DNA of 64,000 nucleotides from Eledone cirrhosa (GCA_964016885.1 OZ024741.1:265236001-265300000), one strand, 5' to 3'; positions 51,150 to 63,289 are shown, counted from the stretch's first letter. Notes: generated by a model from the sequence alone, not told the origin. Numbers and translations: made by a program.

Positions 51150-53040
51150 ACAGCATGGCCGAATGGTTAAGAAGTTTGCCTCGCAATCATTAGGCCACTG
51201 GTTCAATCTCCTCGTGTGGCAACCCGAGGAGAGTTCCATTATCCCTGGTTCAAATTCTTGTCTTGCAACCCGAGGAAAGTGCCGTTATCCCTGGCTCAAT
51301 CTCCCCGAGTGGCAACCCGAGGCATGTGTCATGAACCCTGGTTCAATCTCCCCGTGTGGCAACTCGAGAAATGTGTCAGGGTCCCTGGTTCAACCTCAAT
51401 GTGTTGCACCCCGAGAAATGTGCCATGAACCCTGGTTCAATCTCCCCGTGTGGCAACCCAAGAAATGTGTCAGGGTCCCTGGTTCAACCTCAATGTGTTG
51501 CAGCCCGAGAAATGTGCCATGAACCCTGGTTCAATCTCCCCGTGTGGAAACCCAAGAAATGTGTCAGGGTCCCTGGTTCAACCTCAATGTGTTGCAGCCC
51601 GAGAAATGTGCCATGAACCCTGGTTCAATCTCCCCGTGTGGCAACCCAAGAAATGTGTCAGGGTCCCTGGTTCAACCTCAATGTGTTGCACCCCGAGAAA
51701 TGTGCCATGAACCCTGGTTCAATCTCCCCGTGTGGCAACCCAAGAAATGTGTCAGGGTCCCTGGTTCAACCTCAATGTGTTGCACCCCGAGAAATGTGCC
51801 ATGAACCCTGGTTCAATCTCCCCGTGTGGCAACTCGAGAAATGTGTCAGGGTCCCTGGTTCAACCTCAATGTGTTGCACCCCGAGAAATGTGCCATGAAC
51901 CCTGGTTCAATCTCCCCGTGTGGCAACCCAAGAAATGTGTCAGGGTCCCTGGTTCAACCTCAATGTGTTGCAGCCCGAGAAATGTGCCATGAACCCTGGT
52001 TCAATCTCCCCGTGTGGAAACTCGAGAAATGTGTCAGGGTCCCTGGTTCAACCTCAATGTGTTGCACCCCGAGAAATGTGCCATGAACCCTGGTTCAATC
52101 TCCCCGTGTGGCAACTCGAGAAATGTGTCAGGGTCCCTGGTTCAACCTCAATGTGTTGCAGCCCGAGGAATGTGTCATGAACCCTGGTTCAATCTCCCCG
52201 TGTGGCAACCCGAGGCATGTGTCATGAACCCTGGTTCAATCTCCCCGTGTGGCAACCCAAGGAATGTGTCATGATCTTTGGTCCAATCTCCCCGTGTGGC
52301 AACCCGAGGAATGTGTAAGGGTCCCTGGTTCAATCTTCCCGTGTGGCAACCCGAGGAATGTGTAAGGGTCCCTGGTTCAATCTTCCCGTGTGGCAACCCG
52401 AGGAATGTGTCATGATCCTTGGTTCAATCTTCCCGTGTGGCAACCCGAGGAATGTGTCATGATCCCTGGTTCAATCTTCCCGTGTGGCAACCCGAGGCAT
52501 GTGTCATGAACCCTGGTTCAATCTCCCCGTGTGGCAACCCAAGAAATGTGTCAGGGTCCCTGGTTCAATCTCCCCGTGTGGCAACCCAAGGAATGTGTCA
52601 TGATCTTTGGTTCAATCTCCCCGTGTGGCAACCCAAGGAATGTGTCATGATCTTTGGTTCAATCTCCCCGTGTGGAAACCCGAGGAATGTGTCATGATCT
52701 TTGGTTCAATCTCCCCGTGTGGAAACCCGAGGAATGTGTAAGGGTCCCTGGTTCAATCTTCCCGTGTGGCAACCCGAGGAATGTGTCATGATCCTTGGTT
52801 CAATCTTCCCGTGTGGCAACCCGAGGTATGTGTCATGATCCTTGGTTCAATCTTCCCGTGTGGCAACCCGAGGAATGTGTCATGATCCTTGGTTCAATCT
52901 CCCCCTGTGGCAACCCGAGGAATGTGTCATGATCCCTGGTTCAATCTCCCCCTGTGACAACCCAAGGCATGTGTTCAACCTCAATGTGTGAGGTATGAGT
53001 CATTTACCATGGCCTCAGGTAATTAAAAGGCCCAGCCTTG
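51150..53040 (+). repeat. tRNA-derived SINE whose B-box segment is amplified into about 38 tandem 47-bp units (94-bp dimer in 51337-52180)
   Basis: A-box TGGCCGAATGG at 51156, first GGTTCAATC at 51200, unit ccctggttcaatctccccgtgtggcaacccgaggaatgtgtcatga; SINE-like continuation ccatggcctcagg..agccttgt after the array. Confidence 0.85.
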
Positions 53041-53480
53041 TCACACACTGTCACGCTGAATCTCCCTGAGAATTACATCGAGTACACGTGTCTGTGGAAT
53101 GCTCGGTCACTTACACCATAATAAAATAGGGATTCTCCCTGTAATTCAGAGGGATGGCGTTGTCAGCTGAATCTCCCTAGAATTACATTAAGGGTACACG
53201 TGTCTGTGGAATGATGGGCCACCTACGTCATCATAAAAGATTGGGCTGGCGTTGTCACACACTTTGATATGCTGAATCTCCCTGAGAAATCGTTAAGGAT
53301 ACACGTGACTGTGGAATGCTCAACCACTTACGCCATCATAAAAGTTGGGCTGTATTTGTAATTCAGAGGGCTGGCGTTGTCACCCACTGTGTCATGCTGA
53401 ATCTCCCTGAGAATTACGTTAAGGGGTATACATATCTGTGGAATGCTCTGCCACTTAAGCGTTAATTTCACAAGCAGGCT
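53030..53480. repeat. Four degenerate ~110-bp tandem repeats
   Basis: gctgaatctccctgagaattac...acacgtgtctgtggaatgctc..ccactta x4. Confidence 0.8.
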
Positions 53481-53574
53481 GTAACGTTGATAAAAATAAA
53501 ACTCGAGCACACATCGTCGAAACCGACGGAGGTCCATTCCATAAGAAACAATAGTTTTACCCAAAATGAAACTA

Positions 53575-54140
53575 CAATAATAATTATTTCCAACGTAGAC
53601 ACAAATCCAGTAATTTGGTGGAAGGGGAAAGTTGATTATATTGACCCCTAGTACTTGATTGGTACTTTATTTTATCGATCCCAGAAGGATGAAAGGTATG
53701 GTTGACCTCGGTGGGATTCAAACTCAGAGCGTAAAAAGATGAAACTAAATGCCGCAAAGTATTTTGTTCGACGCTCTCACAATTCTGTCAATCCACCGAA
53801 AAATAATAACTGTTTCTACTTTGATAAAGGAGCAGTAAATTGAAAAGGGGAAAGTTGGTGAGATTGACCCGTCCCCCAATACGTCACTGGTACTTTATTT
53901 TATCCACCCTATAAGGATGAAAAGCAAAGCTAACCTCGGTGGGATTTGAACTCATAACGTGAAATAATAGAGGTTTATGATTTAGGCACAAGGCCAACAA
54001 TTTGGGGGGGGGGCGGGTCGATTAAATCGACTCTAATGTATTTATTTTTTTGGTACTTTATTTTTTTTTTTTTTTTTTACCCTACCCTGTAAAGATGAAA
54101 GGCAGAACTTAACCTCGGCGGTATTTGGACTCAGAACAGC
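53575..54140 (-). mobile_element. Head-to-tail cluster of three family A SINE copies
   Basis: Three repeats of ggtactttattt...gatgaaa..aacctcgg.gg.att..aactca. Confidence 0.8.
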
Positions 54141-54184
54141 AGAAATAAAATTTTAAAAAAGAACAACAAGAAACACACTCTTAC

Positions 54185-54419
54185 CCTCATCCTCGGGGCA
54201 CACACAACAACCGCATACATCCCGTACGGCTTTGGTCCGGCAAGTTTTCACTCTTTCACATTCCTTTATACAATCCGGATTGCAATCGTATTCTTCTTCA
54301 TCTCCATCATCGATTTCATTGTCATCGTTCTCTTCACCAAGGGGCGAACATTTCACAGACACCAGTAACAAAAACAAACAGCTCAAGCCGAAAATCCAGA
54401 CAAGCTTTCTTGTAGCCAT
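54185..54419 (-). CDS. First coding exon of a secreted Cys-rich protein: signal peptide, acidic spacer, N-terminal half of an IGFBP-like domain
   Basis: ATG at 54419; MATRK plus hydrophobic core ending VKC-SP; EENDDNEIDDGDEEEY; C-x3-C-x3-C-x5-C-x8-CGCC-x-C; phase-1 donor G|GTAAGA at 54184. Confidence 0.8.
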
Positions 54420-54499
54420 AATCGTCTCCTCTTAACAGTTAGGGTTCAAACGTCTAAATGTCTTTCTCTCTCTGTACATCTGTATATATATTAGACACA

Positions 54500-55996
54500 C
54501 ACACGCGCCTTCTATCTCTCCCTTTATCTCCCTCACCTTCTCTCTCTTTCTATCTCCCTCACCTTCTCTCTCTTTCTATCTCCCTCACCTTCTCTCTCTT
54601 TCTATCTACCTCACCTTCTCTCTCTTTCTATCTACCTCCTCTTCTCTCTCTTTCTATCTCCCTCACCTTCTCTCTCTTTCTATCTCCCTCACCTTCTCTC
54701 TCTTTATATCTACCTCACCTTCTCCATCTATCTCCCTCGCCTTCTCTCTTTCTATCTCCCTCACCTTCTCTCTCTTTCTATCTCCCTCACCTTCTCTCTC
54801 TTTCTATCTCCCTCACTTTCTCTCTCTCTCTGTCTATCTATCTCGCCTTGTCTCTTTCTATCTCCCTCACCTTCTCTCTCTTTCTATCTCCCTCGCCTTC
54901 TCTCTCTATCTATCTCCCTCCCCTTTTCTCTCTCTATTTCTATATATATATCTCACTCATACTCTTTCTCTCTCCATCTCTTTGTACATCTGTATATATA
55001 TATTAGACACACCCGCTTTCTATCTCACACTCTCTATCTCCTTCTTCGTCTCTCTCTCTCTCTCTCTCTCTCTCTTTATATCCTTCTCTTCCTCATTCTG
55101 CCTATCTCTTTCTCTCTCTTAAACTCTCTCACTCTTTCTCCCTCTCCCTCCCTCTCCCTCTCTGTGTATATATTACCCCCCGAGATGGTAGGAAATGGAT
55201 GGTATATATATATAAATGAGAAGTGATGAGAAAGTTTTGAGTGGTGGACTGGTTGGTATGACGAAGGTAATGTTGATGGTGGTGATGGTGGGCTGATTGT
55301 AGTGGTGATGGTGGTGGTGGTGATGATGGTGGTGATGGTGGGCTGATTGTAGTGGTGATGGTGGTGGTGGTGATGATGGTGGTGGTGGTGGTGGGCTGAT
55401 TGTAGTGGTGATGGTGGTGATGGTGATGATGGTGGTGGTGGTGGGCTGATTGTAGTGGTGATGGTGGTGATGGTGATGATGGTGGTGGTGGTGGGCTGAT
55501 TGTAGTGGTGGTGATGGTGGTGATGGTGATGGTGGGCTGATTGTAGTGGTGGTGATGTTGATGGTGGTGATGGTGTTGGTGGTGATGTTGGTGGGCTGAT
55601 TGTAGTGATGGTGATGGTGGTGATGGTGGGCTGATTGTAGTGGTGGTGATGGTGGTGATGGTGATGGTGGTGATGGTGGTGATGATGGTGATGGTGGGCT
55701 GATTGTAGTGGTGGTGATGGTGGTGATGGTGATGGTGGTGATGGTGGGCTGATTGTAGTGGTGATGGTGGTGATGGTGGGCTGATTGTAGTGGTGATGGT
55801 GGTGATGGTGGTGATGGTGATGGTGGGCTGATTGTAGTGGTGGTGGTGGTGATGGTGGGCTGATTGTAGTGGTGGTGTTGTTGGTGGGCTGATTGTAGTG
55901 GTGGTGATGGTGGTGATTGTAGTGGTGATGTTGGTGATGGTGGACTGATTGTAGTGGTGATGTTGGTGATGGTGATGGTGGTGGTGGTGGTGGTGG

Positions 55997-56037
<41 letters not shown>

Positions 56038-56219
56038 TGTGAGGTAGTGGTGGTGGTGGTGCTGTTGTGTAGTGGTGGTGGTGGTGCTGTTGTGTAGTGG
56101 TGGTGGTGGTGCTGTTGTGTAGTGGTGGTGGTGGTGCTGTTGTGTAGTGGTGGTGGTGGTGGAAAAGTGTCTCAGAGTTAGTTGTTGCTTCCTACTTTAC
56201 TGTCTCTTACCGAATTATT

Positions 56220-56317
<98 letters not shown>

Positions 56318-56422
56318 CTATCTCTGACTATATAAATATATATATTATAGATAGAGAGATAATAGATTGATAGATAGATAGATACACACCCACACTCACA
56401 CACACTCACACACACTCACACA

Positions 56423-56467
<45 letters not shown>

Positions 56468-56698
56468 ACACACTCACACACTCACACACTCACACACACT
56501 CACACACACACCCACACACACACACACACACTCACACTCACACTCACACACACACGTATTCTTTTTCACCACTTTCTCCTCCCTTTTGTCTTCTACTTTT
56601 TTTCATTTATTTTATACTTATATATACATCTATGGCTGTCTGTCTGTCTGTCTGTCTATATGTCTGTCTGTCTGTCTGTCTATATGTCTATCTGTCTA

Positions 56699-56731
<33 letters not shown>

Positions 56732-57258
56732 ATATCTGTCTATATGTCTATCTGTCTATCTGTCTATATGTCTATCTGTCTATCTGTCTGTCTGTCTGTC
56801 TGTCTGTCTATATGTCTATCTGTCTATATGTCTGTCTGTCTATATGTCTATCTGTCTATATGTCTATCTGTCTATCTGTCTGTCTGTCTGTCTGTCTGTC
56901 TATATGTCTATCTGTCTATATGTCTGTCTGTCTGTCTATATGTCTATCTGTCTGTCTGTCTATATGTCTATCTGTCTGTCTGTCTGTCTGTCTATATGTC
57001 TATCTGTCTGTCTGTCTATCTGTCTATCTGTCTATCTGTCTGTCTGTCTGTCTATATGTCTATATGTCTATATGTCTGTCTGTCTGTCTGTCTGTCTATA
57101 TGTCTATCTGTCTATATGTCTGTCTGTCTGTCTATATGTCTATCTGTCTGTCTGTCTGTCTATATGTCTATCTGTCTGTCTGTCTGTCTGTCTATATGTC
57201 TATATGTCTGTCTGTCTGTCTGTCTGCCTGTCTGTTTGTCTGTCTATCTATCTCTTTA
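54500..57258. repeat. Simple-repeat block: CT-rich ~24-bp units, GGT/GAT minisatellite with gggctgattgtagt core, (CTG)n, (CT)n, (CA)n, (TCTG/TCTA)n
   Basis: Direct inspection. Confidence 0.92.
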
Positions 57259-57341
57259 GAGGTCAGAGAGAGGAAGAATTGTCTTCACCTGTTGACCGAC
57301 CACTAGATGTAGCCACAACTACACAAGAATTTGAAAACAAC

Positions 57342-57372
<31 letters not shown>

Positions 57373-58709
57373 GCAACAATAAAGACAACAAAAACAACAA
57401 CAACACAAACGTCACAAGTATCCACACACGAAACGAGAAAGACAACAACAACAACAAAGATGAAAACAACGCAAACGACGAGAAACAAAACAATACTAAT
57501 ATCCAAAACGAAAACAAAATATCTTTTGCACAAACGGCTAAATTATCAGTCGCTTATGTGCTGGAAGATATTTCAAAAGCAAAAGAAATGCTGGAAAAAG
57601 CCAAGAAATATGTGTCTTTTGGCGAAAACGGATCGTTTTCTATACATTCACCTCCGGAGCTAAAAAGACAGACGGAATTACGAACTGTCGTATTCCGAAC
57701 AATTTTAAATAAAACAAAGAAACCAGCGCAACCATCTCAAACGGAAACTCAGTTAGTCTTGAAAGACGCGATGAGAGACATCACTTTCATACAAAAGGAT
57801 AAACTCTATGGAAGTTTATCCATATTGATGAAAAACGAATTGGCGGCAAAAAAATACTCTGTGTCGCCAATTCGGTCCACACACTACACCTTCTTCCCCA
57901 CCTACATGGGTAAAAAAACCCAGAGGATATGGATAACCACCATCACCCCAAACATAAACTACTGGTGGTTACTAACCGGTTTCCTCAATTTAGACGAGGA
58001 CAACCTCATCTCAATAGGGAAGGCATCCGGCGACGCGTTCAGTGGAACGAGCCTCGAAGTTCTGACCCAAATAAGGCCAGAACGCATCGCCCAAATCCCT
58101 GAGCGCGTCATGCTGGATGACCGTACCCACCTCAACATTATTGTGGAGGGTAGGCGTCCCTCCTGTTACCTCTGTGGCAATAGAGGTCACCTGAGGGCTG
58201 CCTGTCCCCAGCTCACACAGAAAAAAACATTGCTACCAACACCAACACCACCCCAACTACAACAACAAAAACAACCACAACAACAAAAACCAACAACCCC
58301 ACCACCACCACCACCACAACAACAACAACAACAACAAACACGTGAAAAAATAACACAGAATACTGTCCCACCCAATCCCTCCCCACCCAAAACAAATACA
58401 AAAACACGCACACCGCAAACACTACCAGAAAACATACCCCTCCCACCCAACAAGGAAGACGAACCTCTTTCGTCGCAAGACGAAAAAGATCCCTTCCAAC
58501 AAGTAAAAAGAAAGAAGAGGAGACGCACCACAGACACACATGTTAACTTTAACCCCCCCCCAAGAGAACACAAACTACACACAAACCACCCCTCCCTGTC
58601 ACACAACACTAACTGCTACACAAAAAAAGACCTTACAATACACATACATGAACACAGACAACAAAGAATTACGGAAAACAATTTCAGCAAACCCTTCGGT
58701 CCAAACTGA
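57259..58709 (+). CDS. LINE ORF1 (gag-like, CCHC zinc knuckle); start uncertain, probable frameshift at the poly-C run near 58555
   Basis: CYLCGNRGHLRAAC, basic patch QVKRKKRRR; first in-frame ATG only at 57588; an alternative frame continues to 58989. Confidence 0.7.
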
Positions 58710-59044
58710 AGGGCCAAACTTTATAACTGCTGTGGGACTACCTCATTTGAAAATGATAAAAGTCCCAATGCACTTGTACAAAACACTGAAAATAAATTTC
58801 ACGGAGGACGTGGGCCCCCCCCTGCGCCAAACCAATCAACCGCGTCCTCCTAAAAAATTTCACCCCCCCACCCCACCCAGACACCCACTCAACGACAAAC
58901 ACCCCAACCCCACAACACACCGATGCCCCTTCACTTCCACAAACCACCACCCCACCCAACAACCCATCCCCAACCAGCATGGAAATTGAGCGGCCCGTTT
59001 CCCGGGACGCAGAGAGGTAAGTGCCTTTTCTCTTTACCACCAAC

Positions 59045-62000
59045 ATGGCTGTGCTAAGAGTAGGGTGTCTAAATGCGCGTGGCCTGGGCTCGTCTTGGAA
59101 GCAAGCAATGCTTCTAAATGACCTCAGGTCACAATCTATAAATGTGATGGTTATCTGCGAGGCCCGGATCAGCAGCATGCGACAGCTAGCCCCCACCTTT
59201 GACGACTTTGAGATGCACGCATCTCTCTGTCAGCCCGGAGGTGGGGGTGGGGTTGTCATTCTGCTGCAAAAACATATGGGCCTTGCAACACAGATAGTTC
59301 ACTTGGACCCAGGGGGTCGACTGGTGGTGCTGGACCTTGGCAGTGGTGAAGGTAGAGCCCTTAGGCTGATAGCCGCATATGCCCCTTTTGGGACAGAGCG
59401 GCCCGACTTTTTCCAGCGTCTGGAGTCTTTTCTAGGGACGTCCCGTTCCCTGCTTTTAGTGGGGGATTGGAATGGTATCCTGGATGCACGTTGGGACTAT
59501 GCAGGGGCATGTCCCGATAGAGAGGGGTGCAACAGCCTCAAGGGGTTACTCGGCCGATTTGACCTGGCCGATAGATTTCGACTAGATTTTCCGACGGTGC
59601 CAACCTGGTCTTGGTCAAATCGCAGCGGATCATCTAGATCGTACCTAGATAGATTTTTAGTTAGAAATAAGGACAGGGACTTTTTAAGTTGTCCAGAAAT
59701 GCTCATGGTTGGCTATTCAGACCACAAGTTGGTGACCTGCATGGTCAACCTTGATAGAACGCATAGACAGGGCCCCGGTTACTGGAAGCTCAACTTGTCC
59801 TTGCCGGCAAGTAGAGCCTACAGGAATCGGATTAGTACGTTAGTTAAGGAACGGTTGACTGGAGCGATCGTCAACAGCAGGTGGTGGGTATCTCTAAAGA
59901 GAGAGATTAGAGTAGTCTCGATTGAATTTAGTAAGGTTCTAGCTGCGGATAGGAATAGGAAGGAAAGGGAGCTAATAGATAGAGTAGAAGAGGCAATTAG
60001 AAGCGGCGACGTGGCCAGAGTGCTAGCGTCGAGAACGGCTTTGAGCCAGTTTTTCGACGCGAAGCACGAAGGCTGCGTTGTCCGAAGTAAAATACGTGCT
60101 CTAGGGAACGAGGGGGCCAAAGCTGTTAGCTGGGCCCGCGTGACAGAGGCCAACAGTGGAACTAAATCCACCATCCGGTCTTTGCGAAACCTGGATGGAC
60201 GGGCGATTCTTGAGCCTAAGCAGATGTGTGAGGCCTTTCAAAGGCACTTTGCCCGACTGTTCGGGAGGGGCGGGGAGCCGGTTGGAAACGTGGACTTCGG
60301 TCCATACCTCGACGGCCTGCCGCGCCTCTCGGACAGGGAGGCGAAGTCTTGCGAGGAGCCGATTTCGGCCGCTGAGATAGAGGACGTGCTGGGCCAATGC
60401 GGCAAACGCAAATCCCCGGGTCTCGATGGTCTTCCTTACGAATTATATCTAGCTATGCCGGACTTGTTCCCCGATCTCCTCGAGGCGGTCTACTGCAACT
60501 GGCAACAGAACGGGAGAATTCCCTGTACTGTGACCAAGGGCGTAGTCACGCTAGTGAGGAAGGACGAGAACAAGGGGGACGAAATAAGTAACTTCAGGCC
60601 CATAACTCTGCTAAATACAGAGTTACAGATTTTGGCCAAGGTGCTAGCAAAGAGGTTGGCGCTTGTCGTGGGCAACCTGGTGGGAGATGCGCAGACATGC
60701 GCTATCCCGTCCAGGTCCATCCATGACAACCTCCACCTCATGCGATACATCATAGAGAGGGTTGGGAACGAACCCGGCTTTGGTGGGGCTCTGATCAACT
60801 TGGATCAATCTAAGGCGTTCGATAGGGTCGACCATGGTTACCTGGATGCGGTGCTAGCGGCGGCAGGCTTCGGACCCGTTTTCAGGGGCTGGATCACTGC
60901 TATGCACAGCAGCCGCATCTGCTCTAGGGTCAAGGTGAATGGCTACCTCTCGGAGCCGTTCAAAATCGCGCGGTCCATCCGACAAGGGTGCCCTCTCTCC
61001 TCCCTTCTGTATGTGTTGACTCTCGAGCCACTACTGCGGAAGTTGGAGTTGTTGCAGGGCATCCCTTTGGAACCGGGATTGCGGAAAGCGGTGTCAGCCT
61101 ACGCCGATGATGTGACAGTAATGGTGTCGACGGCCTCCGAAATCGAGGCGGTCGGCACCTTACTGGAGGAGTACGAAAAGTTCACAGGGGCTAAGCTGAA
61201 CCGGGACAAGTCGATCGGTTTGCAACTCGGCACGTGGAGGGGCAGACCGATGCCCTCCGATGGCGTCGTCGGACGCTGGACGGAGGGCCCGGTGAAGTTG
61301 CTCGGGGTCTGGTTCGGACCGGACCTCCAGGTGGAGAAAAACTGGGCGGAGGTTACGAACAGGGTGTTTGCACTGACCCAGAAGTGGGCCAGTTGCAAAC
61401 TATCCCTGAAAGGTCGGGCGGAGGTGGCGAACACTTATATAGCGTCCGTCATCTACTACCGCCTGACCGTAGTGCCCTGCCCAAGGGAAACCCTCACCAA
61501 GATGGAGCGCGCGCTCTTCCAATTCCTTTGGAAGGGGCGGGCTCCTATGGTGAGGAGATCCATCTGCTGTCAACACCCTTCGAAAGGAGGTCTGGGGATG
61601 CCGTGGCTAATGATGCGTAAACACGCATTAAGGCTACGGCACCTCTACGTATTCCTCACCGGACAACCGGTGTGGGCCTCGTTTGTGAGACGAACCTTTC
61701 CCAGACTCGTCTCACTCACCGAGCTGCAATCCTGGGTCAAGCAGAGACCGAGAAAACTGGGCGCCTGGCACACTGAGTGTGCCCAGGCGCTCACCGCCCT
61801 CTGGCAGGCGGATCCGGTTATCAGTGGAGACTCCACCGCTACATTCTATAGAGGGCTGGTACGCAGCAGGTGCGACGACGCCCTTGGAGAAGCCCTAGAC
61901 ATGGAGGAGGACGAACTGGCCAGCCTGTTCGGTAGGACATTCAGCCCGGGACCTATGGACAACTTCCAGAAGTCCCTGGCCTGGCAGTGCTACCGAGGGG

Positions 62001-62482
62001 CTTTACCCGTTCGAGAAAGGCTCTACAGACACGGGCGCCCGGGTAGGGACCCCGCCAAAAAGATCTGTCCCAGATGCGTGTGCGACGAGGAAACCGTTGC
62101 ACACGCATTGGTACACTGCTCGGGCGTAGCCGATCTGTGGGGCTATGTCGAACAACTGCTGTCAAGGGTGGGACCGATCCGGTTGACCACCGAGTCTATT
62201 GTAATGATCAAGCCGCCTCCCCCCTTCAAAGATGAAGCAGAGGCGGTGTTTCTGTGCGTAATAGCCATGGCGAAAGAGGTTGTATGGTGGACGCGTCTGA
62301 AAGGACTGAGGTCAGGCACCTTTCTCTCTGGCCAACAACTGGTCCGTTTCTTCCGATATCATTTCGGAAGAAGGATCAGGATGGAGAGAGAGGTGCTGCA
62401 CCCCAGTCGTTTTTATGAAAGGTGGGTGAAAGTGGCGAGAATGGCCCGTGTGAATGGGCCTTCTCTTTACATAAGCCTGTAG
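59045..62482 (+). CDS. LINE ORF2: APE endonuclease, reverse transcriptase, C-terminal CCHC (1145 aa, uninterrupted)
   Basis: LNARGL, ICE, GDWN, YLDRF, SDH; KSPGLDG, FRPITLLN, LDQSKAFDRV, RQGCPLS, YADD; CPRC..ETVAHALVHC. Confidence 0.96.
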   Translation: MAVLRVGCLNARGLGSSWKQAMLLNDLRSQSINVMVICEARISSMRQLAPTFDDFEMHASLCQPGGGGGVVILLQKHMGLATQIVHLDPGGRLVVLDLGSGEGRALRLIAAYAPFGTERPDFFQRLESFLGTSRSLLLVGDWNGILDARWDYAGACPDREGCNSLKGLLGRFDLADRFRLDFPTVPTWSWSNRSGSSRSYLDRFLVRNKDRDFLSCPEMLMVGYSDHKLVTCMVNLDRTHRQGPGYWKLNLSLPASRAYRNRISTLVKERLTGAIVNSRWWVSLKREIRVVSIEFSKVLAADRNRKERELIDRVEEAIRSGDVARVLASRTALSQFFDAKHEGCVVRSKIRALGNEGAKAVSWARVTEANSGTKSTIRSLRNLDGRAILEPKQMCEAFQRHFARLFGRGGEPVGNVDFGPYLDGLPRLSDREAKSCEEPISAAEIEDVLGQCGKRKSPGLDGLPYELYLAMPDLFPDLLEAVYCNWQQNGRIPCTVTKGVVTLVRKDENKGDEISNFRPITLLNTELQILAKVLAKRLALVVGNLVGDAQTCAIPSRSIHDNLHLMRYIIERVGNEPGFGGALINLDQSKAFDRVDHGYLDAVLAAAGFGPVFRGWITAMHSSRICSRVKVNGYLSEPFKIARSIRQGCPLSSLLYVLTLEPLLRKLELLQGIPLEPGLRKAVSAYADDVTVMVSTASEIEAVGTLLEEYEKFTGAKLNRDKSIGLQLGTWRGRPMPSDGVVGRWTEGPVKLLGVWFGPDLQVEKNWAEVTNRVFALTQKWASCKLSLKGRAEVANTYIASVIYYRLTVVPCPRETLTKMERALFQFLWKGRAPMVRRSICCQHPSKGGLGMPWLMMRKHALRLRHLYVFLTGQPVWASFVRRTFPRLVSLTELQSWVKQRPRKLGAWHTECAQALTALWQADPVISGDSTATFYRGLVRSRCDDALGEALDMEEDELASLFGRTFSPGPMDNFQKSLAWQCYRGALPVRERLYRHGRPGRDPAKKICPRCVCDEETVAHALVHCSGVADLWGYVEQLLSRVGPIRLTTESIVMIKPPPPFKDEAEAVFLCVIAMAKEVVWWTRLKGLRSGTFLSGQQLVRFFRYHFGRRIRMEREVLHPSRFYERWVKVARMARVNGPSLYISL

Positions 62483-62776
62483 GTGGAGAAGAGGAAGGAA
62501 CGAGGGAGCACCCCCTCTCTGTGCTCCTGAGGAAAAGGGTTGCACACTTTTTTCGGGGGTGTGTGCGACCCCCCAAGGCGCCTCCTCTCTATTGAGGATT
62601 TTGTTAAAAATTTTATTTTTTGTTATATCTTATTTTATTTTTATATTTTGTTATTGCCTCCTCCTTATTGAGGACGCCTTTTTGTGTAAACTCCCCCCTT
62701 TGTACTTGTCCCACTTTTGATGCCCTAGTGGCAAATAAAAGAAACTTATCTATCTCTTTATCTGTATGTCTGTTTA

Positions 62777-62837
<61 letters not shown>

Positions 62838-62856
62838 CAGGTGTGTGTGTGTATGT

Positions 62857-62887
<31 letters not shown>

Positions 62888-63289
62888 CCTGTGTGTGCCT
62901 GTGTGTGCCTGTCTACATATTAAATGTCGGTGAGGATTGTTTGAGCTATTAAAGAAGCTGCTAGCCATCCCATCTTCTCATCTCTGTTCCATCGTTCTTT
63001 TCATTGTTTCTTCTGATAAAAATAACTTTTAAAACTATTCTTTCTTTTGCGACCAAATGTTGTCATGCAGCAGTTTGGTAAGTAGTAAGTAGTGAGAGGA
63101 CTATATAGAGGGAGGAGAGAGATGGCTTCTACAGGACTAGAACTGTTTCATTCGAGGGAAATCATCAGTTCCTTCCAATGAAACAATTCCAATCCTGTAG
63201 AAGACATTTCTATATTAAATATGATGTTTACACTCTACTAATGTATTGAGTAGCTTACTAACTATGGTTATCCCCGATTGAACCCGGGA

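Larger units (their letters stand above)
57259..62746 (+). mobile_element. Near full-length Tx1/L1-clade LINE with a 14-bp target-site duplication
   Basis: TSD tatctatctcttta at 57245-57258 and 62747-62760; ORF1 with CCHC knuckle; intact ORF2; AATAAA at the 3' end with no poly(A) tail. Confidence 0.93.

Noticed and set aside
51163-52697. Series of 86-aa Cys/Pro/Trp-rich ORFs
   Set aside because: Products of a 94-bp repeat cycling through frames; SINE-derived
56586-57258. N-terminal 225 aa of the 707-aa ORF
   Set aside because: TCTG/TCTA microsatellite outside the TSD; only the part from 57259 belongs to LINE ORF1
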